64,000 nucleotides of DNA. It comes from a virus. Lineage: Duplodnaviria; Caudoviricetes. The stretch's first letter is position 1; each line of letters begins with the position of its first letter. This document shows positions 1 to 9,015 of this stretch, piece after piece. The stretch is taken from positions 98,307-162,306 of IMG/VR virus record IMGVR_UViG_3300015608_003951, one strand, 5' to 3'. Below the pieces are notes generated by a model. It worked only from the letters and a program-made list of their open reading frames with translations. It searched no databases and was not told the DNA's origin. Position numbers and translations under genes: made by a program.

Positions 1-708
1 AGCGCAGAACATGCAGTGAAATCCCTTCTCCGGAGGCGGCTCCTCCCGGGAAATGACGTACTCAAGCAGGGAGTGAATCCTGGGCTCTATCTCTTGCCAG
101 ACCTCCTTATCGAAGCGGATGAGCCACGGGCTAGCCATGGGTTTAACGGCCTGCGTGCTCTTGTTGTAGTAGAAGAACCAGAGCAACGGTAGGTCTAGGC
201 ACTTCATGTAGATGTGCGCCTGGATGATGTGCCGCTTCTCAGGGGCTTTGATCCTCCTCCACTCGTCCGCGGAACAGGTCTTGATTTCCAGGCCAACCCG
301 GCGAATAACCTGCCCGCACTTTCGCCAGGTGAAGACACCATCGCAACGCGAAGTGATCTGCCACTCCCTGCCCACGGGGGTGTCGGCCGTAGGAACCTCG
401 GCCTCGAAGCTCAGCTCCTCGTCGTTCAGGAGCCCGTACTGACGTTGCACCATGGCGTGCACGAGGTGGCCGATCTTGAACCTCTTGCTGTCCTCGATCC
501 TCGGCTTGTCTGTGGGCTCCAAGCCAAGCATGGTGTAGTAGTTGTGGCGGAGGCAGCTAGAGACCTCGCTCGCATGAACCCCAGGCTCGCGGGCCCCCTC
601 GGCTTCCAGCTCGAAGGTTTTGTCGTAGAGGCTGCCCAGGGCCCAGTCCTCCGTGATCTCAAGATCTTCGGAGGCGGGGGGCAGGTCGTCGATGCAGGTG
701 AGCTTCAA
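1..708 (-). CDS. Cas4-like PD-(D/E)XK exonuclease, truncated by window edge
   Basis: Manual translation (not in ORF track). TTG start at 708 overlaps the upstream TGA. Motifs: HASEVSSCLR, GHLVH, CDG, LEIKT, QAHIY, HCMFC. Confidence 0.8.
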   Translation of the reverse strand, partial: MKLTCIDDLPPASEDLEITEDWALGSLYDKTFELEAEGAREPGVHASEVSSCLRHNYYTMLGLEPTDKPRIEDSKRFKIGHLVHAMVQRQYGLLNDEELSFEAEVPTADTPVGREWQITSRCDGVFTWRKCGQVIRRVGLEIKTCSADEWRRIKAPEKRHIIQAHIYMKCLDLPLLWFFYYNKSTQAVKPMASPWLIRFDKEVWQEIEPRIHSLLEYVISREEPPPEKGFHCMFCA

Positions 709-1091
709 AGCCCACCCACGAAGGCTCGGAGCCCGCTCACGAAGGGCTGCAAGGCCCGGAGAGCGGCGGCTCTGGCATCGTCGGGCGCCTTCCCAGGCTT
801 GAGCACCGCCAGAGTAGGTCGAGACAGCTCGAACACCTTCCGAACCATCAAGTCTCCGCCGACGGCAAGGGATACGGACCACCCGTAACCCGGTTCAGTG
901 GCCAGAACGCCCACGCCCCCGAACACCTTGAAGAGATCCAGCCCAGATTCAGGCAGAACCTTCGACAGGTCGAGCCCTTTGACCTCCTGGTACTCGATGA
1001 TGAACTCGATCGTTGCCCCGTCCAGAACCCAATCTTCGGCCCAGACCCATGTGGAAGACTCGTCGTCTTCCTTGAAGACCGTTGTACCCAT
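705..1091 (-). CDS. hypothetical protein
   Basis: GGAGG SD before ATG; stop overlaps next start. Confidence 0.65.
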   Translation of the reverse strand: MGTTVFKEDDESSTWVWAEDWVLDGATIEFIIEYQEVKGLDLSKVLPESGLDLFKVFGGVGVLATEPGYGWSVSLAVGGDLMVRKVFELSRPTLAVLKPGKAPDDARAAALRALQPFVSGLRAFVGGL

Positions 1092-1147
1092 ACAACCTCC
1101 ACCGGCGTTTAGCCGTCAGCTTGGTTGTTACGGCTAAACGCCGGTTT

Positions 1148-1318
1148 TTAGCCCTCGAAGGGTTCGCTGCCGTGCACCGGGCAGCGCACCACCCGACCGT
1201 TGCGCTCGACCCGCCTGCCACAGATCGGACAGGTGTCCGAGGAGGCCGCGAGCTTCTGTCCGTTCTTGTCCTGCTCCGGGGTATCCACGCCGAGCTTGTC
1301 CATGCCGTTGTTGTTCAT
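1148..1318 (-). CDS. small zinc-ribbon protein
   Basis: CPIC...CPVH; tightly packed in operon. Confidence 0.55.
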   Translation of the reverse strand: MNNNGMDKLGVDTPEQDKNGQKLAASSDTCPICGRRVERNGRVVRCPVHGSEPFEG

Positions 1319-1322
1319 GAGA

Positions 1323-1676
1323 TCAGAGTATCCCGAACACCCTTTCGGAGTACACGATTTCGAGCAGGCGCACGAGCCTGACCAGATGTTGTCGCTCTTC
1401 CAGGAGGGGCAGGTCGTACCTTGCAAGACTGTCCCACTGGTCGTTCGCACGCCCGCACATGAAATCGCAGATACGGCAGGTCTTTCGACGGGGCTCCGGG
1501 AATGCTTTGCCGTTGAGCAGCCCGCAAACGGCCCAGACTTGAGCACTCCCTTCGGGGTACACGGTGAAGCTCTCACAGTCCCATCTGGACCAGAGAAGCA
1601 TATGATTTACCTCCACGTACTCGGAGCCGTACCAGTGGAGGTTGTCCCAGAACACCTTGAGCTTACTTTGCGTCAT
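1323..1676 (-). CDS. hypothetical protein
   Basis: ATG (MTQSK) overlaps the polymerase stop. Confidence 0.55.
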   Translation of the reverse strand: MTQSKLKVFWDNLHWYGSEYVEVNHMLLWSRWDCESFTVYPEGSAQVWAVCGLLNGKAFPEPRRKTCRICDFMCGRANDQWDSLARYDLPLLEERQHLVRLVRLLEIVYSERVFGIL

Positions 1677-3630
1677 ACCACGTGGCCCCCTTGGCCGGTT
1701 TGGTGCGCAGCGGCGCTGCATACCTGGTTTGGAAGGGGTTTTCCATCGCATCCTTGATGATCGGGATCGCCATATCAGCGGTCTCCTCAGGCCCCTCGAA
1801 GAGGATCTCGTCGTGGATCTGGGAGAGCATGCACCAGCCCCACTCGTTGAGCAGACCCTCGTGCGCCAAGCGGAGCATGGAGCACTTGGCGATTTCAGCC
1901 GCTGTCCCCTGGATGATGGCGTTTGCCCCCTGACGACCTGCACGCCAGCGCTCATAGGGGTTGGGGGATGCGATGGCCGGCAGGTAGCGCCTGCGTCCGA
2001 GGAACGTGTAGATGTACCCAGACTGCTCCAGCGTAGACTGGGTGCTGGCGAAGAAGGCCTGCACCGCAGACCACCTCGCCATGTACTTTGCCATGAGCTC
2101 CTCGGCGGCCTCCACGGTGATGCCTAGGCTGAACGCGAGCTTTTGAGACTTCATGCCGTAGTTCAGGCCGTAGGAGATCGTCTTGACGGCCGTCCTGGCC
2201 TCCAGACACTTCTTCAAGTAGTCCGTGAGTTCCGTCGGAGGGAGCACTTTGGCTTTCACTTCCTCCTTGATCCGGGTGGCCCGCTCCAGATCTTCGTAGG
2301 GGTACCCGAAGACCATGCTTGCGTTACCCTTGTGGATATCCCAGCCGCGACGGAAGATCTCTAGCATCCCCTCTTCACAGGCTGCGGCCGCCAGGACCAT
2401 CATCTCCAGGGCTTCGTAGTCCGCAGCGATGAGGAGGTTACCCTTGGCCGCCCGGATCGCCTTCCGCAATGCAAACGGATCCCTCTCCGGGTTCCTGAGG
2501 TTCTGCATGTTCGGGTCGCTGGAGGAGAGGCGGCCCGTGACGGCGACGGACTGGTTGAAGCTTGCATGGATGCGTCCCGTCGGGTCGAGCCCACGCAATA
2601 GCCCTGGAATGAAGTTGGTCTTGAGGGCGATCACCTCCCCGTACCCAAGCAAAGCCCTCAGGATGGATTGCGCTTTCGGATCCTTGGCCGCCTCGGCCAT
2701 CTCTTGGAGGGCGTCCTTGGCGACAGAGGGCTTGGGGGCCGAGCTTACGCCGCCCTTGGTCCACTTCGCCGGACGTAGCTTGAGCTCCTTGAAGAGGAGG
2801 TTCTCCACGTCATCGCCCTTAGGGTTGACCAGCCTGCCCGCGGCTTTTGCCAACTCGCGTAGGTGGGTGGCGATCTGGCCGTCGATCTTGTCTCCGATGC
2901 TGCCCAGGTAGTCCGTGTCCACCTGCATGCCCGTCCTCTCGCAGGACCAGAGCACCCGGGTGTACGGCATCTCTGTCTTTTCAAACAGGTCCCACAGCGT
3001 GGCGTACGTCTGTGGGTAGGCCGACCATGTGCTGGCGGCCTCCAGCTGACGTTTCAGCTCGTAGTACAGCATCAGGGTGCCGTACGCGTCGTTGCTGGCG
3101 TACTCCACCAGCTTCCAGAGGTCCTCCTTCTCCGCCTTGATCAGGCGGTGCTGGTAGCTGTCGGACGGGTCCTTCTTGTTGACCTTGCCGAAGGTGTCCT
3201 GGAACGACTGCCAGGTCCACCCCAGGATCTGAAGGCACATGTCCTTTAGCCCGTGGGACTCGTCCTCGTAGAGAAGCGCGTGCATGACCGCGGTATCGGC
3301 GGCCCTGCCTATGAGGGGAAACCCTGAAGAGGTGAGCAGATGTAGATCGAACTTGGCGTTGGCAAAGATCCAGGTGCGATAGGGGTCCGCGAATACCTTC
3401 CTGAACGCAGGCAGGGTGTCGTTACGCAGACAGCAGCGGTGTTCGCGGCCAGAGGAGTCGGTCCAGGCAAGGCTCCAGTAAAGAACCCTGTCGGCCATCT
3501 TGTGGAGACCCGTGGTCTCCGTGTCGATGGCCACCAGCTTCGTGTCCTGGATCTCTCGCACAAGCCCGTCCAAGCCCTCGCTGTCTTTTGTGAACCACTT
3601 TGCCGGGGGCATATCGATGTGCCAGGTCAT
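1663..3630 (-). CDS. polA: family A DNA polymerase with 3'-5' exonuclease, no 5' nuclease domain
   Basis: Exo motifs DTETTG, NAKFD, YASND; TGRLSS; motif A ADYEALE, motif B RTAVKTISYGLNYG, motif C QIHDE. Confidence 0.96.
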   Translation of the reverse strand: MTWHIDMPPAKWFTKDSEGLDGLVREIQDTKLVAIDTETTGLHKMADRVLYWSLAWTDSSGREHRCCLRNDTLPAFRKVFADPYRTWIFANAKFDLHLLTSSGFPLIGRAADTAVMHALLYEDESHGLKDMCLQILGWTWQSFQDTFGKVNKKDPSDSYQHRLIKAEKEDLWKLVEYASNDAYGTLMLYYELKRQLEAASTWSAYPQTYATLWDLFEKTEMPYTRVLWSCERTGMQVDTDYLGSIGDKIDGQIATHLRELAKAAGRLVNPKGDDVENLLFKELKLRPAKWTKGGVSSAPKPSVAKDALQEMAEAAKDPKAQSILRALLGYGEVIALKTNFIPGLLRGLDPTGRIHASFNQSVAVTGRLSSSDPNMQNLRNPERDPFALRKAIRAAKGNLLIAADYEALEMMVLAAAACEEGMLEIFRRGWDIHKGNASMVFGYPYEDLERATRIKEEVKAKVLPPTELTDYLKKCLEARTAVKTISYGLNYGMKSQKLAFSLGITVEAAEELMAKYMARWSAVQAFFASTQSTLEQSGYIYTFLGRRRYLPAIASPNPYERWRAGRQGANAIIQGTAAEIAKCSMLRLAHEGLLNEWGWCMLSQIHDEILFEGPEETADMAIPIIKDAMENPFQTRYAAPLRTKPAKGATWYDAK

Positions 3631-3647
3631 GAGATCTCCTGAAAGTG

Positions 3648-4985
3648 TTAAAAAAACAAGCCGGCCACCACCCGTAGGCAGCGCCGGCTCGTAGCTTGTA
3701 CTCGATTTAAGAACGGCACGTTGTCGTCGTTGCCGTAGGACTCGCTGTGCGCCGCGTTCTGCTCATGCCCCAAGGGGCCCTTGCCGCACACCTGGATCTG
3801 GAGATCGACGGGGGCAGGGCCCCGAATCGTGTCCAGGTCGAGCGGGGTCTCCAGCAGCTTCCGGTAGGGGCTGTCCGCGGGGAGGGGGGTCCAGTACTGG
3901 AAGCTGAGGCTGGTCCCCGTGTTCTTCCCGGTCTCGGTGGCCTTGTTGGCGCGAGCAGTGGCCGTGATCACCCCGTCGAACAGGGACGCCCTGTGCGGGT
4001 GCTTGCACTGCTTGCACTCGATCACCTCGACAAGCTGCATCGTCTGCCGGCAGGCGGGGCAGGGCAGCCGCTGCTGCACGCGGTTGTCGATCTCCGCGTC
4101 CGTGAGGCGAGTGTTCGCCATGTCGATCACCTCATGCTGGCAGCTCGGACAGTTCCAGCTCCGGGTGTCGATCGTCATGTTGCCCCCACAGGAGACGCAG
4201 TTCTTGCGGAGGATTCCCTGGAAGGAGGCCGCCCCCTCGTACCCCCTGCCGCCGACCAGCTCCCTGAAGTTGGTCATGGAGGCGTTGAACACGAAGCGCC
4301 GCCCGTCGATCCTCGGGAGACCTTGGGCTGCGTAGGGGCAGTTGCGGCCCTGACCCATCTTGTAGTCCATGTAGGGCTGGCCGCGCCGGTCCATGCGGGT
4401 GGACGGGACCGCGTAGAAGGGGTGGAGGATCGCGATGCCGAAGGCGCGGCCGGCCCTCCGCGTCAGCGAGCCCTTCGTCACGTACCTGCGCGCCTTGTCG
4501 TCCCACTTGGTGTTCTCGTGGATCACCCGGCAGCCCCCGCACAGCGCCGCAGAGTTCGCGTCGGCGTACGGGTACTCCGGGGCGGCGCACACGAAGGACT
4601 TCCTCGTGCCCGGAGCGTACTCGTCGTAGTGGTCCACGCCGCGCTTGTAGAGCTCCGTGACCTCCTGGATCGTGTAGAGGGCCTCGTTGTTGGGCCCCCT
4701 CATCTGCGAGCCATCGGCTGCCAGCCGGGGGATCGCCACCTTGTTCTTGTAGGACCCCGGGATGAGGACGAACGAGATGGAGACGCCCAGGGGGAAGCGC
4801 CACGTCTCGACGTACTCACGCCGAGACCCGCCGGAGCCGCCCCGGGGCGCAGAGAAGCTCTGCTCGGGAGGGATGAAGGAGGCGCCAAAGCTCGGCAAGC
4901 CTGCGGGAGGAGGCTCCTTGCCGAAGGCGTGCGTCGTGACAGGGGGCGGCGGCGGGGGAGGAGAATCGTCGTTTCGGTTGTTCAT
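3648..4985 (-). CDS. putative ssDNA-binding protein with zinc-finger insert
   Basis: Lies between primase and polymerase; multiple CxxC; SSB-type DDNVPF tail followed by in-frame TTA at 3708-3710 (probable true end). Confidence 0.6.
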   Translation of the reverse strand: MNNRNDDSPPPPPPPVTTHAFGKEPPPAGLPSFGASFIPPEQSFSAPRGGSGGSRREYVETWRFPLGVSISFVLIPGSYKNKVAIPRLAADGSQMRGPNNEALYTIQEVTELYKRGVDHYDEYAPGTRKSFVCAAPEYPYADANSAALCGGCRVIHENTKWDDKARRYVTKGSLTRRAGRAFGIAILHPFYAVPSTRMDRRGQPYMDYKMGQGRNCPYAAQGLPRIDGRRFVFNASMTNFRELVGGRGYEGAASFQGILRKNCVSCGGNMTIDTRSWNCPSCQHEVIDMANTRLTDAEIDNRVQQRLPCPACRQTMQLVEVIECKQCKHPHRASLFDGVITATARANKATETGKNTGTSLSFQYWTPLPADSPYRKLLETPLDLDTIRGPAPVDLQIQVCGKGPLGHEQNAAHSESYGNDDNVPFLNRVQATSRRCLRVVAGLFF

Positions 4986-6022
4986 ATACGTGGGTACTTT
5001 GTTGGCTGCTTACAGCGGTTGAGGCAATAGGAGGTATAGGTTGGCGCACTGTTTAGCGCCTGGTGCACTTCTTCTGGGGTCAAGGCGTCCGGCTGGAGCT
5101 TACCTCCACGAGGGTAGAGGGGTAGGCGAACATCGCTACTTTCGCTCAGCTTCTCTGCCATCTCGTACCGGTGGTCTCCTGCCGGGTCTTGGTCCAAAAA
5201 CAGATAGAGCACCCCGTTGAGTCGTTCAAGCAGCGCTTGCTGCTCCTCGGTCATAATCGATCCGAGCAACGCGACCACGTAAGGGTAGCCGCACTGGCGC
5301 AACCACAGGGTGCTCTTGAATCCTTCGCTAACGATGACTGGTGAACCAGGCGCGTGCTCGCTGATCGCGGCGACCTGGTCGTAGTTCCATAGCAGCTTCC
5401 CTTTCTCTGGCGGGTCGAGGAGCGGTAGGCCCCACCTCCCATATTCCCGTTTTGTGTAAACTTTGTATCGAGGCACTTGATCCTCGAAGATGGACCTGCC
5501 GCTGAACCCCACGAGCTGCCCCGTGTGGTCTCTGAGCGGGAAGGTGATTCGACAGTTCTTCCTGTCGAATCCAACGTTGAACGTCCTCAGCAGCCTCTTG
5601 GAGAACCCTGCCCGAATCAAGTCCGTAGGGGCCTCATCGAAGAGACCCAACGATTCCTCTGGCAGCACACGGTCCTTGGGGAAGGCGCGCACCCAGACAG
5701 CTTGGTCGGCCACATCCAGCTGGGACTCCCGCTGGATCTCGGCCGCCAACTCCACGATCTTCTCGATGGAGCCCGAGGGGGACCCAAGCCCCCGCAGCAA
5801 TGCCCGGAAGTTTCCGCACCTCTTACACGCATGACACAGCCAGAGGCCTGTCTCGGTGTGGATGGCAAAGGAGGGTGTGTGGTCCCTGCCTGTAGCGTGC
5901 GGGAACGGGCAGAGGGCCATCACATTGCCCCTGCCCGCGCGCCTGGTCTCACCAAGTAGCTGTTGGATGACGGGGAGGAGGAACCCCTCACCCATCGGCG
6001 CCACCGCCCCCATCGATGTCAT
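4982..6022 (-). CDS. DnaG-like primase
   Basis: Zinc finger CPFPH..DHTPSF..CHAC; TOPRIM motifs SEG and LDQD; probable start MGEGF near 5995. Confidence 0.9.
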   Translation of the reverse strand: MTSMGAVAPMGEGFLLPVIQQLLGETRRAGRGNVMALCPFPHATGRDHTPSFAIHTETGLWLCHACKRCGNFRALLRGLGSPSGSIEKIVELAAEIQRESQLDVADQAVWVRAFPKDRVLPEESLGLFDEAPTDLIRAGFSKRLLRTFNVGFDRKNCRITFPLRDHTGQLVGFSGRSIFEDQVPRYKVYTKREYGRWGLPLLDPPEKGKLLWNYDQVAAISEHAPGSPVIVSEGFKSTLWLRQCGYPYVVALLGSIMTEEQQALLERLNGVLYLFLDQDPAGDHRYEMAEKLSESSDVRLPLYPRGGKLQPDALTPEEVHQALNSAPTYTSYCLNRCKQPTKYPRI

Positions 6023-7421
6023 CTAGGCGGCTATACACCTTGGCTTTCTTCCGGGGTTTACGGCCCGAGGGGGGCCCTAGCGGGGCCGGTGCCCCGCCGA
6101 GAGGGGCGGTGACAGCGGGCTCTTCGTCAGGAACATCCTCCGCAATAGACCTCCTTATGGCATCGGGATCCAGCAGCGCGATCTCGCTGAAGTCTACACA
6201 CGGCACAGCGTTGATCTTCAAACCGGTAGCACGCCATTCACGTACGCCGGGGAATAGTAGATTGACAGTGCTGTCAGTCTTGCTTGCGACAATACGAATA
6301 GCCACGGTGGCGTCTTGCCCAGGTGCATCGCTGAAGCCGATCTCGTCCAGGTCAGCTTCGAGCCCGGACTTGTCCGCTCCACGGTTCGCCTGGATGGTGG
6401 CGATCACAGGGATCTTCAGGTCAAGGGACACGGCCCGCACCTCCCGGGAGATGGATTCCACCTTTTCGCGGGTGTCCTTGGCCTTGATGTGCGCGGTCAT
6501 CAGGTAGAGTCCGTCGATGAAGACGACGTCGGGCTGAAGCCGCTTTATCTGCTGCCGAAGCCAGCCAACGGTATCGCTGCCCCTCGGGGCATCGCGGCCA
6601 GACACGCAGCTGATCTGGTTTTTGCCGTTGCTCTGCTGCGCCCTGGCAAGCGCCATGTTGGCCATCTCATGGAGCCTGGCCTTGGACGTCGCGTCCAGCG
6701 TTCCGCTGCTGAAGGACTCGTAGTCCACGTTGGCCAGGAAGGCCATGAGCCGCCACATGATCTGCTCTTCGGGCATCTCCTTCGAGTAGAAGAGCACGTG
6801 CTTGCCTTGCTCCAAGAAGATGTCCATGGCGTGGTGCAGCACCACGAAGCTCTTCTTGTTTTTAGGCCTGCCGTAGTAGATCACGTAGTCTGTCGGCTCG
6901 ATCCCGCGGCTTAGCCTGTTGAGGAGAGGCCAGGGCCACATGATCGGGTTCACGGCGAGCCCGGCCTCCAGCATCTCGTAGCGCTCCAGGCCACGAGGGA
7001 TGTAGCTGGTGAGCGTGGTGATCCCCGTACGCTTGGACAGGGATCGAAGGTCGGCCAACTTGGCGGATAGCCGCTCAATCGCCTCTTCTGGGTCCCCGTC
7101 GCGCTCCTTATCCGCCTCCCGAAGGGCCTTATCTACACTCACCCGGATGCGGTGGCTTCGAAGCTCGTGGCAGAGGGCAGACGTAGCCATGCCTGCGTCA
7201 TCCACGAGTCGAAAATCCGGGTAGTGCGCCTGGATCTGGTAGATTCCCGGGAGTGACCCCCGGGTTGCAGGCTGCGTGATGTAGTCGAGCAGGTACCTAT
7301 AGAACCCGCGACCCTCTGGCGTGAGAAGGTCCTCTTCGGTGATGCCCCACGCCTGCACGTCGGCCATGGCCGGGGGCCCTTCGCGTATGATGCGGCTGAT
7401 CAGCGGTAGATCTCTGCTCAT
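5988..7421 (-). CDS. DnaB-like (SF4) replicative helicase
   Basis: Walker A variant GRPKNKKS, SKEM, Walker B VFIDG, QANR, SDAPGQDA. Confidence 0.88.
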   Translation of the reverse strand: MSRDLPLISRIIREGPPAMADVQAWGITEEDLLTPEGRGFYRYLLDYITQPATRGSLPGIYQIQAHYPDFRLVDDAGMATSALCHELRSHRIRVSVDKALREADKERDGDPEEAIERLSAKLADLRSLSKRTGITTLTSYIPRGLERYEMLEAGLAVNPIMWPWPLLNRLSRGIEPTDYVIYYGRPKNKKSFVVLHHAMDIFLEQGKHVLFYSKEMPEEQIMWRLMAFLANVDYESFSSGTLDATSKARLHEMANMALARAQQSNGKNQISCVSGRDAPRGSDTVGWLRQQIKRLQPDVVFIDGLYLMTAHIKAKDTREKVESISREVRAVSLDLKIPVIATIQANRGADKSGLEADLDEIGFSDAPGQDATVAIRIVASKTDSTVNLLFPGVREWRATGLKINAVPCVDFSEIALLDPDAIRRSIAEDVPDEEPAVTAPLGGAPAPLGPPSGRKPRKKAKVYSRLDDIDGGGGADG

Positions 7422-7424
7422 GCT

Positions 7425-7766
7425 TCACCCGATTTGCCCGGGAACCTTGGACCAGTTCGACAGGCTGGGGGGCTCCTCCATGGGGGTGGTGCTCGCGGAC
7501 TCGGCCATGACGTTCTGAGCGGGGCGCGGACCATCGGACAGGTCGGCAACGGCGTCCTGCTCCATGCTGTTGATCAGGTCTTGCAGGAGGCTCAAGGTCT
7601 TGGGAGACCACCCGTGACCCCCTCGCGCAAACGCGCCGACCTTGACAGCGGCTGCGGAGTTGTAGAGCCCGAACTCCGCACGCAGCTGGGGTATGCCGTC
7701 TGCGTTAGAGATTTCGAGGCTCATCAACTGGAGCAAGTCGATCTTTCTGGGCGTAATCGGCTTCAT
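7425..7766 (-). CDS. hypothetical protein
   Basis: ATGA coupling with upstream gene. Confidence 0.65.
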   Translation of the reverse strand: MKPITPRKIDLLQLMSLEISNADGIPQLRAEFGLYNSAAAVKVGAFARGGHGWSPKTLSLLQDLINSMEQDAVADLSDGPRPAQNVMAESASTTPMEEPPSLSNWSKVPGQIG

Positions 7767-8179
7767 GGCGTCCTATAGGGTTCGGGGACAACGATGTTCT
7801 GGGAGACGTTGATGAGCGTCACGGCAAGGGTGGGGTCAAGCTTCCCGCTCGCGACAGCCCGCTGAACTTGGGCGATGGAGAGCTTGGGCACGACGTCGAG
7901 CGTGCCGCCGATGTCGACGAACTGCTGCTGTCCGAGGGCGGTCAGCGCACGCTCCGCATCCACCCTGCGCACCTCCTTACCCAGGACCACCGGCCCGAGG
8001 GGCTGCTTCGACGCCCTGGCAAACTCCTCCAGTTGCGCTGCGGCAGCGTTGACCTCGTCGGTCAGCCCCCGCAGGTAGTCCAGCAGCTGCCTATGCGTGC
8101 CCACGAACTGCTCCAGCGCGGCCACCGCCTTCGTGTGGCGCTCGACAGCCGCTGCACGTTCCGCTGGGTTGTTGATCAT
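7763..8179 (-). CDS. hypothetical protein with N-terminal coiled coil
   Basis: AAGGAGG SD and ATGA overlap at 8176-8179. Confidence 0.7.
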   Translation of the reverse strand: MINNPAERAAAVERHTKAVAALEQFVGTHRQLLDYLRGLTDEVNAAAAQLEEFARASKQPLGPVVLGKEVRRVDAERALTALGQQQFVDIGGTLDVVPKLSIAQVQRAVASGKLDPTLAVTLINVSQNIVVPEPYRTP

Positions 8180-9015
8180 TGACCCTCCTTTCGATACGCC
8201 TCGTAAACTTGGCTCACAAGATGAAACGTGGACACCAGCGCGGTGAACGCGCCGCTGCTGCTGCGATCTGCTTGTTGTCGCAGCGCGTCTGCCGTCGACA
8301 CCGTCACGAGCACGGGGTAGGACACCCCCATGTTGTCCGTGGGCCACGTCCAGACACCGAGTCGCCGCCTGCCCCAAGTGCCCTTTTTATCCAGGTGAGG
8401 GACTTCCAGAGCTCCGGGGAAGGTCAGCTTCTCTAGCTTGGGCGTCTTGGAGACCGCCGTGGGTTTGCCCATGACGGCCCTGCCAGCCACCTCCCCGAAG
8501 GCCACGATGAGAACGGGGTCTACGGAGTAGATCTCGGCGAGCATGCGCTGGTGACACGCACCGAACTCCTCAGCCGTGGGGCTCCTGTCCTTGAAGCTCA
8601 AGAACTTCTTCGCCACACCCCTGACCATGCGCTCCTGGACCAGCTGGTTACCCTCGGCGTCGATCCGAGGGGACGTGGGTCGACACAAGGTGGCCCCGGT
8701 GAACCAGGCGGGGATGTTGAACTTGTCGGCCAAGGTCCGGATAAAGGAGCCTCGACCCTCCTCGGGGAAGAGAGTCTCGTTCTTCTCCACAGGGAAGGCG
8801 CAACCCGCCACCTCTGCCCGCCACCCAGGAGCGGCGTCGACGAACATGATACCCCCCGGCACACCCTGCCCATGGATCCTCGCCGCGGCCTCCGGGTATT
8901 CTGGATGGTTCCTGCGCTCCTCCAGTGCACGACCCGCAGGGCACAGGGTGCACTCGCTCCAGTCGCGTTGGACATCTGCGGGAGATCGCCGCGCATCAGG
9001 ACGATATGTAGTCAA
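8176..9015 (-). CDS. family 4 uracil-DNA glycosylase-like protein with degenerate catalytic motifs
   Basis: CTLC, LCRP, P..EE..AC, PVLIVAFGEVA; GEAPG replaced by DAAPG. Confidence 0.75.
   Translation of the reverse strand: MTTYRPDARRSPADVQRDWSECTLCPAGRALEERRNHPEYPEAAARIHGQGVPGGIMFVDAAPGWRAEVAGCAFPVEKNETLFPEEGRGSFIRTLADKFNIPAWFTGATLCRPTSPRIDAEGNQLVQERMVRGVAKKFLSFKDRSPTAEEFGACHQRMLAEIYSVDPVLIVAFGEVAGRAVMGKPTAVSKTPKLEKLTFPGALEVPHLDKKGTWGRRRLGVWTWPTDNMGVSYPVLVTVSTADALRQQADRSSSGAFTALVSTFHLVSQVYEAYRKEGQ

Noticed and set aside
1-708. CRISPR-Cas system
   Set aside because: Stand-alone Cas4-like nuclease in a replication operon; no repeat-spacer array seen.
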